DNA of 64,000 bases. Origin: a virus. Its lineage: Duplodnaviria > Caudoviricetes. Shown in pieces: positions 9,397 to 19,361 of the stretch. The DNA lies in IMG/VR virus record IMGVR_UViG_3300031555_004294, positions 192,001 through 256,000 of that record; one strand, written 5' to 3'. Below the pieces are notes generated by a model. It was not told the DNA's origin, did no database searches, and saw nothing but the letters and a program-made list of their open reading frames with translations. The position numbers and the translations under genes are program-made. Numbering within the stretch: the first letter of the stretch is position 1; each line of letters opens with the position of its first letter.

Positions 9397-10104
9397 TTAT
9401 GCAAGTTTTAATTCGTCATTCTCAGAAACTATTGTCTGAGCTTCTAATTGATTCTCCATAACTATTTGCTGGAATTTTTTCTTTAATATATAATTGTTTG
9501 ATTGTAAAGCATCTTTACTTGACAAATTATTCAAAGTATCTAAAGCATCAAATAAGTCTTGAGAGATGTAGTCATTGTAATCTTCAATAAATTTTTTGAC
9601 ATTTCCATATACGAGCTTTAAATTAATGAAAACCTCACCATTATGTGCAAGTTCATGTACAGTCTTAGTTAATGGAACTAAACCAATCATATTTTCATAG
9701 TGTATTCTCATAACCTCATTTGCCACATCAAATGTATTAGTGGAATGACTATAAAAATCTGTTTGTTTTTTCAATACAGTATCTACAATTTCATATAAGT
9801 TGAAAGGGTAATGATGAAATTCTATAGAAACGCCTTTAATATCTTTGCCATCTATATTAGATAAAAACTTACAAGAAGTTAAATCTTGTTCTTCTTTCAA
9901 ATACTTGATATATGCACGATATTCAATAGAACTACGGACTATTGTCTCTATGGATTTTATATATTTTTTGAGTTTCTTTTCATCATCATACTCATAAAAC
10001 CTATAATTGAAAGGCTTAGGTTCACCAACATCTATTTTTACAATTTCTATGTCATTTTTATTTAGAGTTTCTTTAGTTGTTGCTAAGTTATTTGGCAATT
10101 TCAT
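9397..10104 (-). CDS. HNH-like His-rich protein, paralogue of 3882..4571
   Basis: CKFLSN...IEFHHYPF...PLTKTVHELAHNGEVFINL. Confidence 0.6.
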   Translation of the reverse strand: MKLPNNLATTKETLNKNDIEIVKIDVGEPKPFNYRFYEYDDEKKLKKYIKSIETIVRSSIEYRAYIKYLKEEQDLTSCKFLSNIDGKDIKGVSIEFHHYPFNLYEIVDTVLKKQTDFYSHSTNTFDVANEVMRIHYENMIGLVPLTKTVHELAHNGEVFINLKLVYGNVKKFIEDYNDYISQDLFDALDTLNNLSSKDALQSNNYILKKKFQQIVMENQLEAQTIVSENDELKLA

Positions 10105-10164
10105 TTATTCTCACCAACTTTCTTTTTTATATAAAAAATTCTTTTATATATTTGTTGGCTATTT

Positions 10165-10674
10165 TTACTCTATATCTTTTTTCTTGAACATAAACTCGCC
10201 ATCTTTAACTGCGGATCTCACAAATTTTCTCATCTTTTCATTGTTTAATTGAGTGATAGTACTAGTAACTTGATTTAATACTAATTCAGCAATATATTCT
10301 TTTAAGGATTCAAGAGTAAAATATTTCATAAGTAGCTGTATATATTCGTCTGAAAGAGAATTTATAACAGACATAACAATTTCTTTAACAGCCTCTTCTT
10401 GCTCTGTACCTTTTAAAAGTTTAGTTTCACTAAGTTCTGTTGAAGGTGAAAGAATCAAATCAGTGTAAACTTTACATTTAAAACCAGCGATGTAAGAAAG
10501 GAATTTAATATCTTCCTCGAATCTATATGTTGATTGAAGTTTTAAATTCTGTAATTGAGTAGATAAACTAATCATATATGTTTTAGACTTTTTTAATTTA
10601 AATGCGAGAATAAAAATTGTTGTTAAAAAAGCTATAAAAATTACAACTAAGAATACGATATTTCTTATATCCAT
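10165..10674 (-). CDS. Hypothetical protein with an N-terminal transmembrane helix
   Basis: Hydrophobic IVFLVVIFIAFLTTIFILAF followed by lysines. Confidence 0.65.
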   Translation of the reverse strand: MDIRNIVFLVVIFIAFLTTIFILAFKLKKSKTYMISLSTQLQNLKLQSTYRFEEDIKFLSYIAGFKCKVYTDLILSPSTELSETKLLKGTEQEEAVKEIVMSVINSLSDEYIQLLMKYFTLESLKEYIAELVLNQVTSTITQLNNEKMRKFVRSAVKDGEFMFKKKDIE

Positions 10675-10779
10675 TTTTTATTTCCTTTCTAGAATTGTTT
10701 AATAAATTTTTAAAATTTCTATTTTTTAATAAAAAATTTAAATTTATATTATCTTTGAGTACCTTAAAAATCTTATAAA

Positions 10780-11427
10780 GTGAAGGAGAAAAACTGTATG
10801 GGTTATTGGTCGATTCATCCTATGTGTGGAGATAAACCAGAAGAATGTAAAAGTAGTGTAACATATATCGCAATGAGTTATCTTATCGGTGAAATACAAA
10901 CTACTATGATTCTTGAAGAATGTTCAATTCCAGAAACATTACTTAACTGGATTAAAGAATGCAAAACAACTAACTATGACGAAATACTTGAAAATTATTG
11001 GGAGATAGAAATCACTGAGAAAAGACCTTTCCCATATGCTGATTTGTATAATTACTACAAGTATGATATCATCAGTAATTTCCTAGATGAAGAAGATGCA
11101 TTTGTAGTTCCTTTTATGTTCATTGAAAACAACATAAAAGTTAAACCAGAATACGTTCAGTACTTAATTGATATGCTAGGTAATGGTGATGCATCCTATA
11201 GAGGATATGAAGAATGGACTGGAGAGAGAAACCATCCAATGTATTATGTGAACATAGTTGAAAAATACTCTGATTCCTTCTTTAATGAAGAAAATCATGA
11301 TCTTGAGGATGAAGTATTTATTGAAGCACATAAAACTGAACTTATGGAAATTGAGCCTAAAAATTTATTTGAAACTATGTTTGATACTTTAGAAGGTAAT
11401 AACTCTAGTTTAGTTAACACACGTTGA
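10780..11427 (+). CDS. Hypothetical acidic protein (likely start ATG at 10798)
   Basis: ORF with AAGGAG RBS before the internal ATG; strong terminator follows. Confidence 0.65.
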   Translation: MKEKNCMGYWSIHPMCGDKPEECKSSVTYIAMSYLIGEIQTTMILEECSIPETLLNWIKECKTTNYDEILENYWEIEITEKRPFPYADLYNYYKYDIISNFLDEEDAFVVPFMFIENNIKVKPEYVQYLIDMLGNGDASYRGYEEWTGERNHPMYYVNIVEKYSDSFFNEENHDLEDEVFIEAHKTELMEIEPKNLFETMFDTLEGNNSSLVNTR

Positions 11428-11433
11428 TAATTG

Positions 11434-11475
11434 AAAGAGATATAGGATTTTAATTTCCTATATCTCTTTTTTTTT
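11434..11475 (+). terminator. Intrinsic terminator
   Basis: AAAGAGATATAGGA / TCCTATATCTCTTT stem followed by a T run. Confidence 0.8.
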
Positions 11476-11569
11476 GCTATGAAAGTGATTTTTATTCCTA
11501 TACAAACTTGGTCTTTCCAAACAAAAAATTATAAGAACAAAAGTATAAGTCTACGTTATATAAAATAAA

Positions 11570-14500
11570 ATGGGAGGATGTGATATAATGGGTTTAAGAA
11601 TGGAACAATTTAACATAGAAGATCTGCTTAAATATTTTGTAGGTCGTAATGAATTTAGACGTAAAGATCTAGTAAATGCATTAAAAGGCTTAACTGATGA
11701 AGAACGTTCTACAATGAATATTACGAACTATTCAGAGTTTTATAGTTATTACAAATTTTTATATAGACTTCTGAAGGAAGATTTACTCACTGGTGTAGTT
11801 TCTACACCTACAAATAGTAAAGAACTAATAGCTCGGTCTTTTTATGAAGAAGAATTTTTAAGACGTTATCCTTTTGAATATATCTTGACTAAAAGACTAA
11901 ATGCGGATATTACTAGAGAACACAAATTTGTTTATAATGAGTCTGAATCTGCATGGAATTATATTTTAGCTGACGGTAATGAGATTTTTGCAAATTTAGA
12001 AGACTTTGGTATTGATACTCCAGATAATACGGACGATATAATTATTGGTTTTACACCATATAATGAAGTTACCAAAGAAAATGCTAAAGTCGTTTTATCT
12101 AATAACAGTTTAGTTGTAGATGTAGAAAAATTTGATAAAAAGGTAAGAACTTTATCAGAATGTTATTTCGACAATACTACTGATAATGATGAGTTATTTG
12201 AGAAAATCCTTGAAAGTAATCCAGTAATTGATGGTGATGATCCTAGAGTAAACTACTATGAGATTCCTATCATGATCGATGACAAGTACGAAATAGCTCC
12301 AAATGCAGATAATAAGCATAAGTTAGATGATCTCTTTACTTTAGATGAAACCATCTATTATGCAGATGATGTATATGGCAACAAGGAATTTACTAAGAAA
12401 GCAATAATTCTTGCTGAGCTAAGAAAAATTTTAAAAGCTCGTTCCATTAGCTTTACTAAGGAACAGATTGTAACTCTTGATGAATATGGTGATTTGGTTG
12501 ATTTAAATGTTGAAGGAGCTTTAGCTTTAGTTGTTGGTAGTAATCCTTTAACTAATGAAGATTTACCTGAAAATGACAATGTTACATTTAGAACAGTCCA
12601 AAATGAGATTAACAATCTAAAGGCTTATGTAAATGAGTATGTCGTCAATGAGAACATTACTTATGACAGTAAAGTTTATGATGAGAAATATTTCATCAAA
12701 AGAGGAGTAGCTAATTATGCAGGTTATGGTAACTGTACAGTAATTCCCCATAATACTAATCTTCGTCCAATTACTACTATTGTAAATTTAATTAATCCTG
12801 AGAATGAAAAAGATGTTGGTGATATTTATATTCGTTCTGATAGAAAAAATATCTATGTTTACAATAGTGGTAGTAATCAGTCAGAATTTGAATTTACAAC
12901 TATCTTTGACAATGGAGATTTCATAGAATTTCCTATAGATAAGTCTTTTGATGATTTCGTCAAAATGATTATCAATAGCATTGACAAAATAAAGGTCCAA
13001 TCAACTAATATATCTCTTGACAATAATGGCAAGTTAATGGTTAATTTGGTGGATGACAATAATAATCCACTCTTTAGTGAATCTGAATTTTTAATCATAG
13101 CTGATGAAGATGGAGATGAAGAGTATTATAGAATTGGAGATAATGATCTATTTACATTTGATGAAGAAAATAATACTTTAGTTGCAATTTCAGATGAAAT
13201 CGAATATCGAGTTGGTAATAATGTCTATGTCACATCTATAAATATGGAAGAATCTCCTATGATGTGGTTATTTAACAATTTGATGACTGATCCTAGTTAT
13301 TATGTTGTCAATGTTTCTAATTTTGATGAAATTACTATTCATCCTGATGAAGAAGATTTTGAAAAATATAAAAATAACGACAATTCTGTAAGTGAAGATA
13401 CTATTGAAAATCTAAAAACAATGGATAATGTTCAATTCGTTGATCTATCCAATTACAATGTTGGTAAAGAAGATGTTTTCTTTATTAATAGTTTAGCATA
13501 TTCAATAGCTGACGAAGACTATTTTGTTTCAATTAGATACACTGATGAAGATGTTAAACATATTTTAGCGATAATTGGCTTAGATATTGACGAAAACGAT
13601 AGTATTCAGATAAGCCGTTATCTCAATGAAATTAATCCATTCTCTAATGTAAACTCTTATGACTTTGATAAGTACGTTTACCTTAGAAATAATTCTTCTT
13701 TTGGTCGTCAAAGATTCAAACAGGATGTTATTCTTCTTGAAGGAGGTCATGAATTAGACCCTGCAAAGAGAGCTGTCCTAAAACCATCTACTAAATTGTA
13801 TACTTACAACTCTCTATCCAATAAGCTAGAATATTACATGACTTATGGTGAATATGGTGCACTAAGAGTTCAAAGATATGATGCTAACGACACTGTAAGA
13901 ATTCAAAAACAGACTGGTGTTACAGTTATTTCTCATAAACTAGGTAAAGTTCCTAATTTTGTAAGCATAAATCCAGTTGCAGAAAGTAATGTTTATGAAA
14001 ATGCAAAAGTTGGAAATATTACTTGGACGGTTGATGAAGAAAATCTGTATGTTTACAATAGCGGAGAATCTACTTGTGAATTTGATTGGTGTGTAGTCTA
14101 TGATAACAACTGTAAAACAGAAGAACTAAGTTATACTACTAAAAATATTATTGATAAGGATAGTCTGTTGTTATATAATTTACATCATGAAGTAAATGTC
14201 AATGAATTATACTACGATGGTGTAGATTATATTAAGTACAATGAGAAGACTAGTGAATTTTCTGTCTTTAATACAAATATCGACAATCATATCGGTACTG
14301 TTAAACTTTCGTATATTACTAGTAAACAAAATGTTAAAAATCCTAGATTCTTAAAGTATGTAAGTGACTTCGATAATCCTGATCAGGATGGTTATTTTGA
14401 CAGAGATGTCAACTCTCAACCAACTGGTGCAAAGGTACTTAACTATTCTGGTGAATTTAGATCGACTAAAGCAACGTTCTATGGAAGTACTATTGCACAA

Positions 14501-14875
14501 GCACTACCTATTGAAACTTTAGATGATGGTATTTTTAAAAATGGTAGTATTGTTAGTTACGTTGATGGTGTTTGTAAACTCTCAACCAATAATACACTAA
14601 ATACTGTAATTGGTGTTGTTGTTCCTAAAGAAAATTGTGCTGTAACTATTGATTTTTATAGTAAAAATGCTTTAAGAATTCCAGTTGCTTTTGCTGGAGT
14701 ACAGAAAGCTAGAATTATTGGTAACATCAATGTTGGTGATACTTTATATTTGGATTCTGTAACTGAAGGTATTTTATCTGCAAAAAATAATAGCGATAGA
14801 CCAATTGCTAGAGCATTACAAGCTCATAATGGCGAATTTGAAGAAGGTATTATTGATGTGATTCTTTCAATTTAA
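11570..14875 (+). CDS. Large tail fibre/appendage-like virion protein (likely start 11588)
   Basis: Two copies of a H-x-L/T-x-x-x-P...YVYNSG...EF module; C-terminal VIGVV...PVAFAG...VGDTL...IARAL domain typical of fibre C-termini; tandem late-promoter motifs upstream. Confidence 0.6.
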   Translation: MGGCDIMGLRMEQFNIEDLLKYFVGRNEFRRKDLVNALKGLTDEERSTMNITNYSEFYSYYKFLYRLLKEDLLTGVVSTPTNSKELIARSFYEEEFLRRYPFEYILTKRLNADITREHKFVYNESESAWNYILADGNEIFANLEDFGIDTPDNTDDIIIGFTPYNEVTKENAKVVLSNNSLVVDVEKFDKKVRTLSECYFDNTTDNDELFEKILESNPVIDGDDPRVNYYEIPIMIDDKYEIAPNADNKHKLDDLFTLDETIYYADDVYGNKEFTKKAIILAELRKILKARSISFTKEQIVTLDEYGDLVDLNVEGALALVVGSNPLTNEDLPENDNVTFRTVQNEINNLKAYVNEYVVNENITYDSKVYDEKYFIKRGVANYAGYGNCTVIPHNTNLRPITTIVNLINPENEKDVGDIYIRSDRKNIYVYNSGSNQSEFEFTTIFDNGDFIEFPIDKSFDDFVKMIINSIDKIKVQSTNISLDNNGKLMVNLVDDNNNPLFSESEFLIIADEDGDEEYYRIGDNDLFTFDEENNTLVAISDEIEYRVGNNVYVTSINMEESPMMWLFNNLMTDPSYYVVNVSNFDEITIHPDEEDFEKYKNNDNSVSEDTIENLKTMDNVQFVDLSNYNVGKEDVFFINSLAYSIADEDYFVSIRYTDEDVKHILAIIGLDIDENDSIQISRYLNEINPFSNVNSYDFDKYVYLRNNSSFGRQRFKQDVILLEGGHELDPAKRAVLKPSTKLYTYNSLSNKLEYYMTYGEYGALRVQRYDANDTVRIQKQTGVTVISHKLGKVPNFVSINPVAESNVYENAKVGNITWTVDEENLYVYNSGESTCEFDWCVVYDNNCKTEELSYTTKNIIDKDSLLLYNLHHEVNVNELYYDGVDYIKYNEKTSEFSVFNTNIDNHIGTVKLSYITSKQNVKNPRFLKYVSDFDNPDQDGYFDRDVNSQPTGAKVLNYSGEFRSTKATFYGSTIAQALPIETLDDGIFKNGSIVSYVDGVCKLSTNNTLNTVIGVVVPKENCAVTIDFYSKNALRIPVAFAGVQKARIIGNINVGDTLYLDSVTEGILSAKNNSDRPIARALQAHNGEFEEGIIDVILSI

Positions 14876-14877
14876 AA

Positions 14878-14918
14878 ATAAAATCCGTATAAGACTTTAT
14901 GTCTTATACGGATTTTTT
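14878..14918. terminator. Bidirectional terminator between convergent genes
   Basis: AAAATCCGTATAAGAC / GTCTTATACGGATTTT inverted repeat. Confidence 0.8.
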
Positions 14919-14919
14919 A

Positions 14920-16305
14920 TTATGCATTGTATGCATTTACTAAGTGTTGTTCTAACTGAGTTAAATCAAGATAAGGATTGTAAGATTTATTACTCATCAG
15001 TAATGCTCTTTCATTACCTGTTTTCTTTTCATCCCATCCATAGTACCAACGGTTTGTATCATAATTAACTGCAAGATTGGTAAGATTAGTCTTGTCAGAA
15101 ATTGCAATTACATTATCGTAACCACCTACTTCAAAACCAAAGAAAGAAACCCAAGTCTTATCATTGGTAGTAGTGCCATATACAGCGTTGCAGAAATCAT
15201 CAAAACTACTAATACTTGAATCACCTGCTATGAAAGTTCTAGCCATGGATGCATATGCGATCCAGTTCTTAGCACTTAAAACTAAAACCTTAGAATTTTC
15301 ATTAGCAGAAATCTCTATTCTAGTTCTACCAGTATCGTCATACTCAAATTTTCCAATAAGATTTTGATTGAGTAGAACAGACATGTTAGAATAGTTATAA
15401 GTATTTGTAAGTTCAGTTGATTGATAGGAAGTTCTACCAATACTAACGCCTACAGAATTCTTTAAAGAAATGTCATAAAGATCACGATATTTAGACTTAT
15501 GAGCAGGATCGATAGAAGTGTAACGAACTACAATCTTATCAGAATTATCCTCATTGATTTCATAATAGTCACCACTGTCAAATTCCTGTTTAGTAACATT
15601 TTCGTCTAGAGTATAAATACCATTAACTAAGGTGTAATACCTTCCAATAGGATTATAAGACTCTGCAGCTTTAAATTCAGACGCAATATTAAATGCATCA
15701 TCTGAATGTAGCCATTGGATGGTTTTATTCTCGTTACTAAACTTAAAGCAGTCATTGTCATAATGAACACCATTTATATAGACAGATACGGAACTTCTGC
15801 TTACTGGACGACAAGAAATTTCAAAGGTTTCACCAGTATATAATGAATCTTCATATGTGTACTTTTCTGCAACTTCAACTAAATTACCACCTATATTGTT
15901 CTTTAGTCTTTCTATTTCAGCTTCAGCTTCAGCTAATCTTGTTTCATTGTTATCAGTAGAATCCCAAATTTCTATTAATGCAGCAAAGAAATTCTTAACA
16001 TTACCCTCAATTCTACTTATCAGTCTGCTATAACTAGCTTGGTCACTTGAACCATCTAATCTATCACCTATGACATCGTGGAATTCAGTTAAAAAAGTCT
16101 GATTAGCCAATTTAACTGATGCAATTTCAGAAAAAATCTGATTAACTGCACCAATTACAGTTTTGTCATTAGTTTCTAATCCGCCACCAGCGTCAGTATC
16201 AGGCAGATATTCATTTCCAGCTAAAGAACTACCAATTATCTTAGCTTGTAACGCTTTTAAATCTTCTGTGGTTAACCCACTTAAAACGCTATTAATGTCA
16301 GCCAT
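14920..16305 (-). CDS. Virion/tail fibre-associated protein
   Basis: LETNDKTVIGAVNQI motif common in fibre proteins, a coiled coil, and a beta domain (VSVYINGV) shared with 17426..19021. Confidence 0.6.
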   Translation of the reverse strand: MADINSVLSGLTTEDLKALQAKIIGSSLAGNEYLPDTDAGGGLETNDKTVIGAVNQIFSEIASVKLANQTFLTEFHDVIGDRLDGSSDQASYSRLISRIEGNVKNFFAALIEIWDSTDNNETRLAEAEAEIERLKNNIGGNLVEVAEKYTYEDSLYTGETFEISCRPVSRSSVSVYINGVHYDNDCFKFSNENKTIQWLHSDDAFNIASEFKAAESYNPIGRYYTLVNGIYTLDENVTKQEFDSGDYYEINEDNSDKIVVRYTSIDPAHKSKYRDLYDISLKNSVGVSIGRTSYQSTELTNTYNYSNMSVLLNQNLIGKFEYDDTGRTRIEISANENSKVLVLSAKNWIAYASMARTFIAGDSSISSFDDFCNAVYGTTTNDKTWVSFFGFEVGGYDNVIAISDKTNLTNLAVNYDTNRWYYGWDEKKTGNERALLMSNKSYNPYLDLTQLEQHLVNAYNA

Positions 16306-16334
16306 AATTTATCATTCCTCCCATTGTATTTTTA

Positions 16335-17309
16335 TTAAAGATACTTTACTAACTTGAATACATATCTGGTTAGTGCTGTTTTTTCAAATCTAAAGTATCT
16401 ACCACCAGCACTGTACACAACATTACCACAAACAGGCTTTTCTCCAGACTCAGTATAATAAAGCTGGTTACCGTTCTCATCTTCACCAATTCTCAATTTC
16501 TTAGGTACATAAGTCATATCAAATTTGTTGCCTTCAAGTACATCAATTAATGCATTCTCATAGTTAGTCACATCAAAATAGTATAGCTGAGACTTATCAT
16601 TTTCAAAATTAGCCTCGTCATTCCAGAATATATAAACATCATCATCGTTTTTAGTATAATATCTGGTATTACTATTAAAAGTAGCGTCTCCACTAACTTT
16701 GACATAACCTTTTTCTAAAGGTAGATAAAATTGTGAAGGTTCGTCATAAATCCATAGTTCTACGTCGCTATCGTAGTTTCCATTTTTATAATCTTTTCCA
16801 GCCCACTCTGCAAAAGATAATGACTTAGCATTAGATGTAAGTGACTTATTCTTAACGTCATCGATATACGCCATATTGTATCCATACATTGTAAAATACA
16901 GAGACCAGCTAACAGTCTGCATATTGTTATCTTTGTCAGGCATTGACTCTTGGTTGCCAGACAGAAGTTTATAGATTTTTTCCTTTAAGTCATCATCAAG
17001 ATCTTGTAAAGACACTTTTCCTTTTTTAACATAAGTATCTTCAGAATAAACATTATGTTCATCAATACGGGACGAAAGAGACGAATATAATTCTTCAAAT
17101 CCGTTTAAGTCATCTTGAATTATACCTTGTAAAGCTTTATATTTCTGAATAAGATCGTTAATTTTCTTTTCAAGAGAAATCTTAATCTTATAACGTACTT
17201 CGTTATCTAATTTATCAAAATTTTTTAGTAATTCTTCAATTTTTTCTCCATCTCTTATCTGAGATAAATCTATTAAAGAACCTAGATTATTGTAATCTTT
17301 TTGTTTCAT
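16335..17309 (-). CDS. Probable virion protein
   Basis: 324 aa ORF in the structural cluster, with GGAGG RBS and late-promoter motif. Confidence 0.55.
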   Translation of the reverse strand: MKQKDYNNLGSLIDLSQIRDGEKIEELLKNFDKLDNEVRYKIKISLEKKINDLIQKYKALQGIIQDDLNGFEELYSSLSSRIDEHNVYSEDTYVKKGKVSLQDLDDDLKEKIYKLLSGNQESMPDKDNNMQTVSWSLYFTMYGYNMAYIDDVKNKSLTSNAKSLSFAEWAGKDYKNGNYDSDVELWIYDEPSQFYLPLEKGYVKVSGDATFNSNTRYYTKNDDDVYIFWNDEANFENDKSQLYYFDVTNYENALIDVLEGNKFDMTYVPKKLRIGEDENGNQLYYTESGEKPVCGNVVYSAGGRYFRFEKTALTRYVFKLVKYL

Positions 17310-17425
17310 AATTCTTTATTTCTTAACCTCCCTCAACAAAAATTTTGGTATTAAAAAATAGAATGTTGTTAGAATGATAGCCAGTAAGGAATCTATCGTA
17401 CTAACAACATTCATTCATAAAGTTC

Positions 17426-19021
17426 TTAATTATTTGTTAACGTAAGATTAAAATTCTCATTCTCAGAATATAAAACGTCATAAACGGCAGTTATATCAAA
17501 ATCGTCTTTAATGTCAAATCCATTATCCATGTCTAGGTAATCCCATACAATTATATGCTTACCGTCTAGGAAGTGATAATAGAAATACGTATCAGATTTA
17601 TACATAACACCATTTATAAAGAGTTTAACGGTACCTTCAACAGGTTTATATTTCAGCTCGAAATAAGGATGTTCATCTCCTTCAAAGAAACCAGTTTTAA
17701 ATTCAGAAATAGTATCATTGAAGTTAGAATAAACTAACTTTGTACGTTTTTGTAACTTGTTAAGTTCTTTCTTAGCTTTGTTAGCTTCAGCTTTATACTT
17801 GTTAATGAGTTTATTAGCCATACTAGTTAGTTCATCATGAGGTAAAGTATAAACATTACCATCAATATCTCCAGTATAGAAGTTGATACAATAGATAAGT
17901 GAACCCTCGCAAATAGTTTTAAACAGATTATGATTCATTCCATAAACTTCATGTGGCATCATAAATCTCAAAGACTTATTGTCTGGATTTATTAAGTAAG
18001 TTTCATTGATACCATTATAGGTAATAATACCATCAGAAACAGAAGATGGGAAGTAAACACTAGCACTCTCTTTGTCGATTTGGAACAAACCAACCATTTT
18101 TTGCTGTTTTAGTTGTCCTTGATTCTCATCTTTATTGACAAATCTTACAACTTTGATGTTAGAGACATCAAACTTTGCAACATTTTCACTGTCAATACTA
18201 GTGATTTTTACCAGTTTATCATTGAGATTGTTAACCTCGTAAAAATACATAACAGAATTGTAGAACAATAAGCAACCACCATCAATAGCTTCAGGGAATT
18301 CAATCCAGTCACCATTTCTACGCTTAGCGAAAAATTCTTTTTCCTTAACAACATTTGCCCAAGAGTAAGGAATTACACTGTAATATTCTCTATTCTCTTT
18401 GGGATCAAATACTCTATAACTACCATCTTCATTTTCAAAATAACTTCCAAATGCATCAGACATCTTAGGGAAATCTACTCCATCTTCCTCATAATAAGTA
18501 ATGGAGATCTTGTCATCATTCAAATGGTAAGGATAGTATAAACCATTGAAAATTATAATCGAGTTAGAGACATCAGCTTTAAAGTTAACATACAAACGAT
18601 TTTTACGTTTTCCGTCAATTATATCATAACTGAGAACTAGATCAAAATTTCTAGGTTTAAGTAAAGTTTTTGGTTTTAAAGCTGATGGGCTATCTAAACC
18701 ATCTCTAGGACCAATAATATACTTGAAACCATATGCATCAGTATACTCACATTCTGGTAGGAAACTAAGTTCACTAGATGTTAACTTCTTAGCATTCATA
18801 ACTTTTGCAGTTCCATCTAAGTTAACACCAGTTAATATAGCTTTACGATAATCTATCCAACTACTTCTTGAAGAATTGCTTTTATAATAGATTTCTTTAA
18901 CACCTACTAAATGTCTGTTAATGATACTGTAATTCTCATTAAAATATGTTAGTTGATAAGCTTTGCAATAGGAATCTGTTTTAAAAAGGATAGTCTGACC
19001 ATCCATACACTCTTTATACAT
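17426..19021 (-). CDS. Probable virion structural protein
   Basis: 531 aa beta-rich protein; C-terminal VKLFINGV domain similar to that in 14920..16305. Confidence 0.55.
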   Translation of the reverse strand: MYKECMDGQTILFKTDSYCKAYQLTYFNENYSIINRHLVGVKEIYYKSNSSRSSWIDYRKAILTGVNLDGTAKVMNAKKLTSSELSFLPECEYTDAYGFKYIIGPRDGLDSPSALKPKTLLKPRNFDLVLSYDIIDGKRKNRLYVNFKADVSNSIIIFNGLYYPYHLNDDKISITYYEEDGVDFPKMSDAFGSYFENEDGSYRVFDPKENREYYSVIPYSWANVVKEKEFFAKRRNGDWIEFPEAIDGGCLLFYNSVMYFYEVNNLNDKLVKITSIDSENVAKFDVSNIKVVRFVNKDENQGQLKQQKMVGLFQIDKESASVYFPSSVSDGIITYNGINETYLINPDNKSLRFMMPHEVYGMNHNLFKTICEGSLIYCINFYTGDIDGNVYTLPHDELTSMANKLINKYKAEANKAKKELNKLQKRTKLVYSNFNDTISEFKTGFFEGDEHPYFELKYKPVEGTVKLFINGVMYKSDTYFYYHFLDGKHIIVWDYLDMDNGFDIKDDFDITAVYDVLYSENENFNLTLTNN

Positions 19022-19036
19022 CTTAGATCAGCCTCC

Positions 19037-19339
19037 TTATTTACTTAAAATTTTTACGTTTTCTATAGTTTTTACTACATTACTTTTCTTGCCACCGTAC
19101 AATTTTAAAGTTACAACCATGCCACCTCTATAAAATCCATAAATGTAGTCAGAATATCTTCCTAACTTACCATCTTTATAGATTTCTGCTAAAATTGAAG
19201 GGCCATTGAAGGCATCTTCAACAGCCCATTTAGTATAGCCCATACTTGCTTGTTTAGTTGTAAGCTTTGCTAAAGAAAGTTTAGTTCCTATGGCAGCATT
19301 TTCAATGTAAATGTCAAACTTTTCATCAATGTTTCCCAT
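19037..19339 (-). CDS. Hypothetical protein
   Basis: 100 aa ORF with RBS, within the structural operon. Confidence 0.6.
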   Translation of the reverse strand: MGNIDEKFDIYIENAAIGTKLSLAKLTTKQASMGYTKWAVEDAFNGPSILAEIYKDGKLGRYSDYIYGFYRGGMVVTLKLYGGKKSNVVKTIENVKILSK

Positions 19340-19361
19340 AATTAAACCATCCTTTCTTTAA

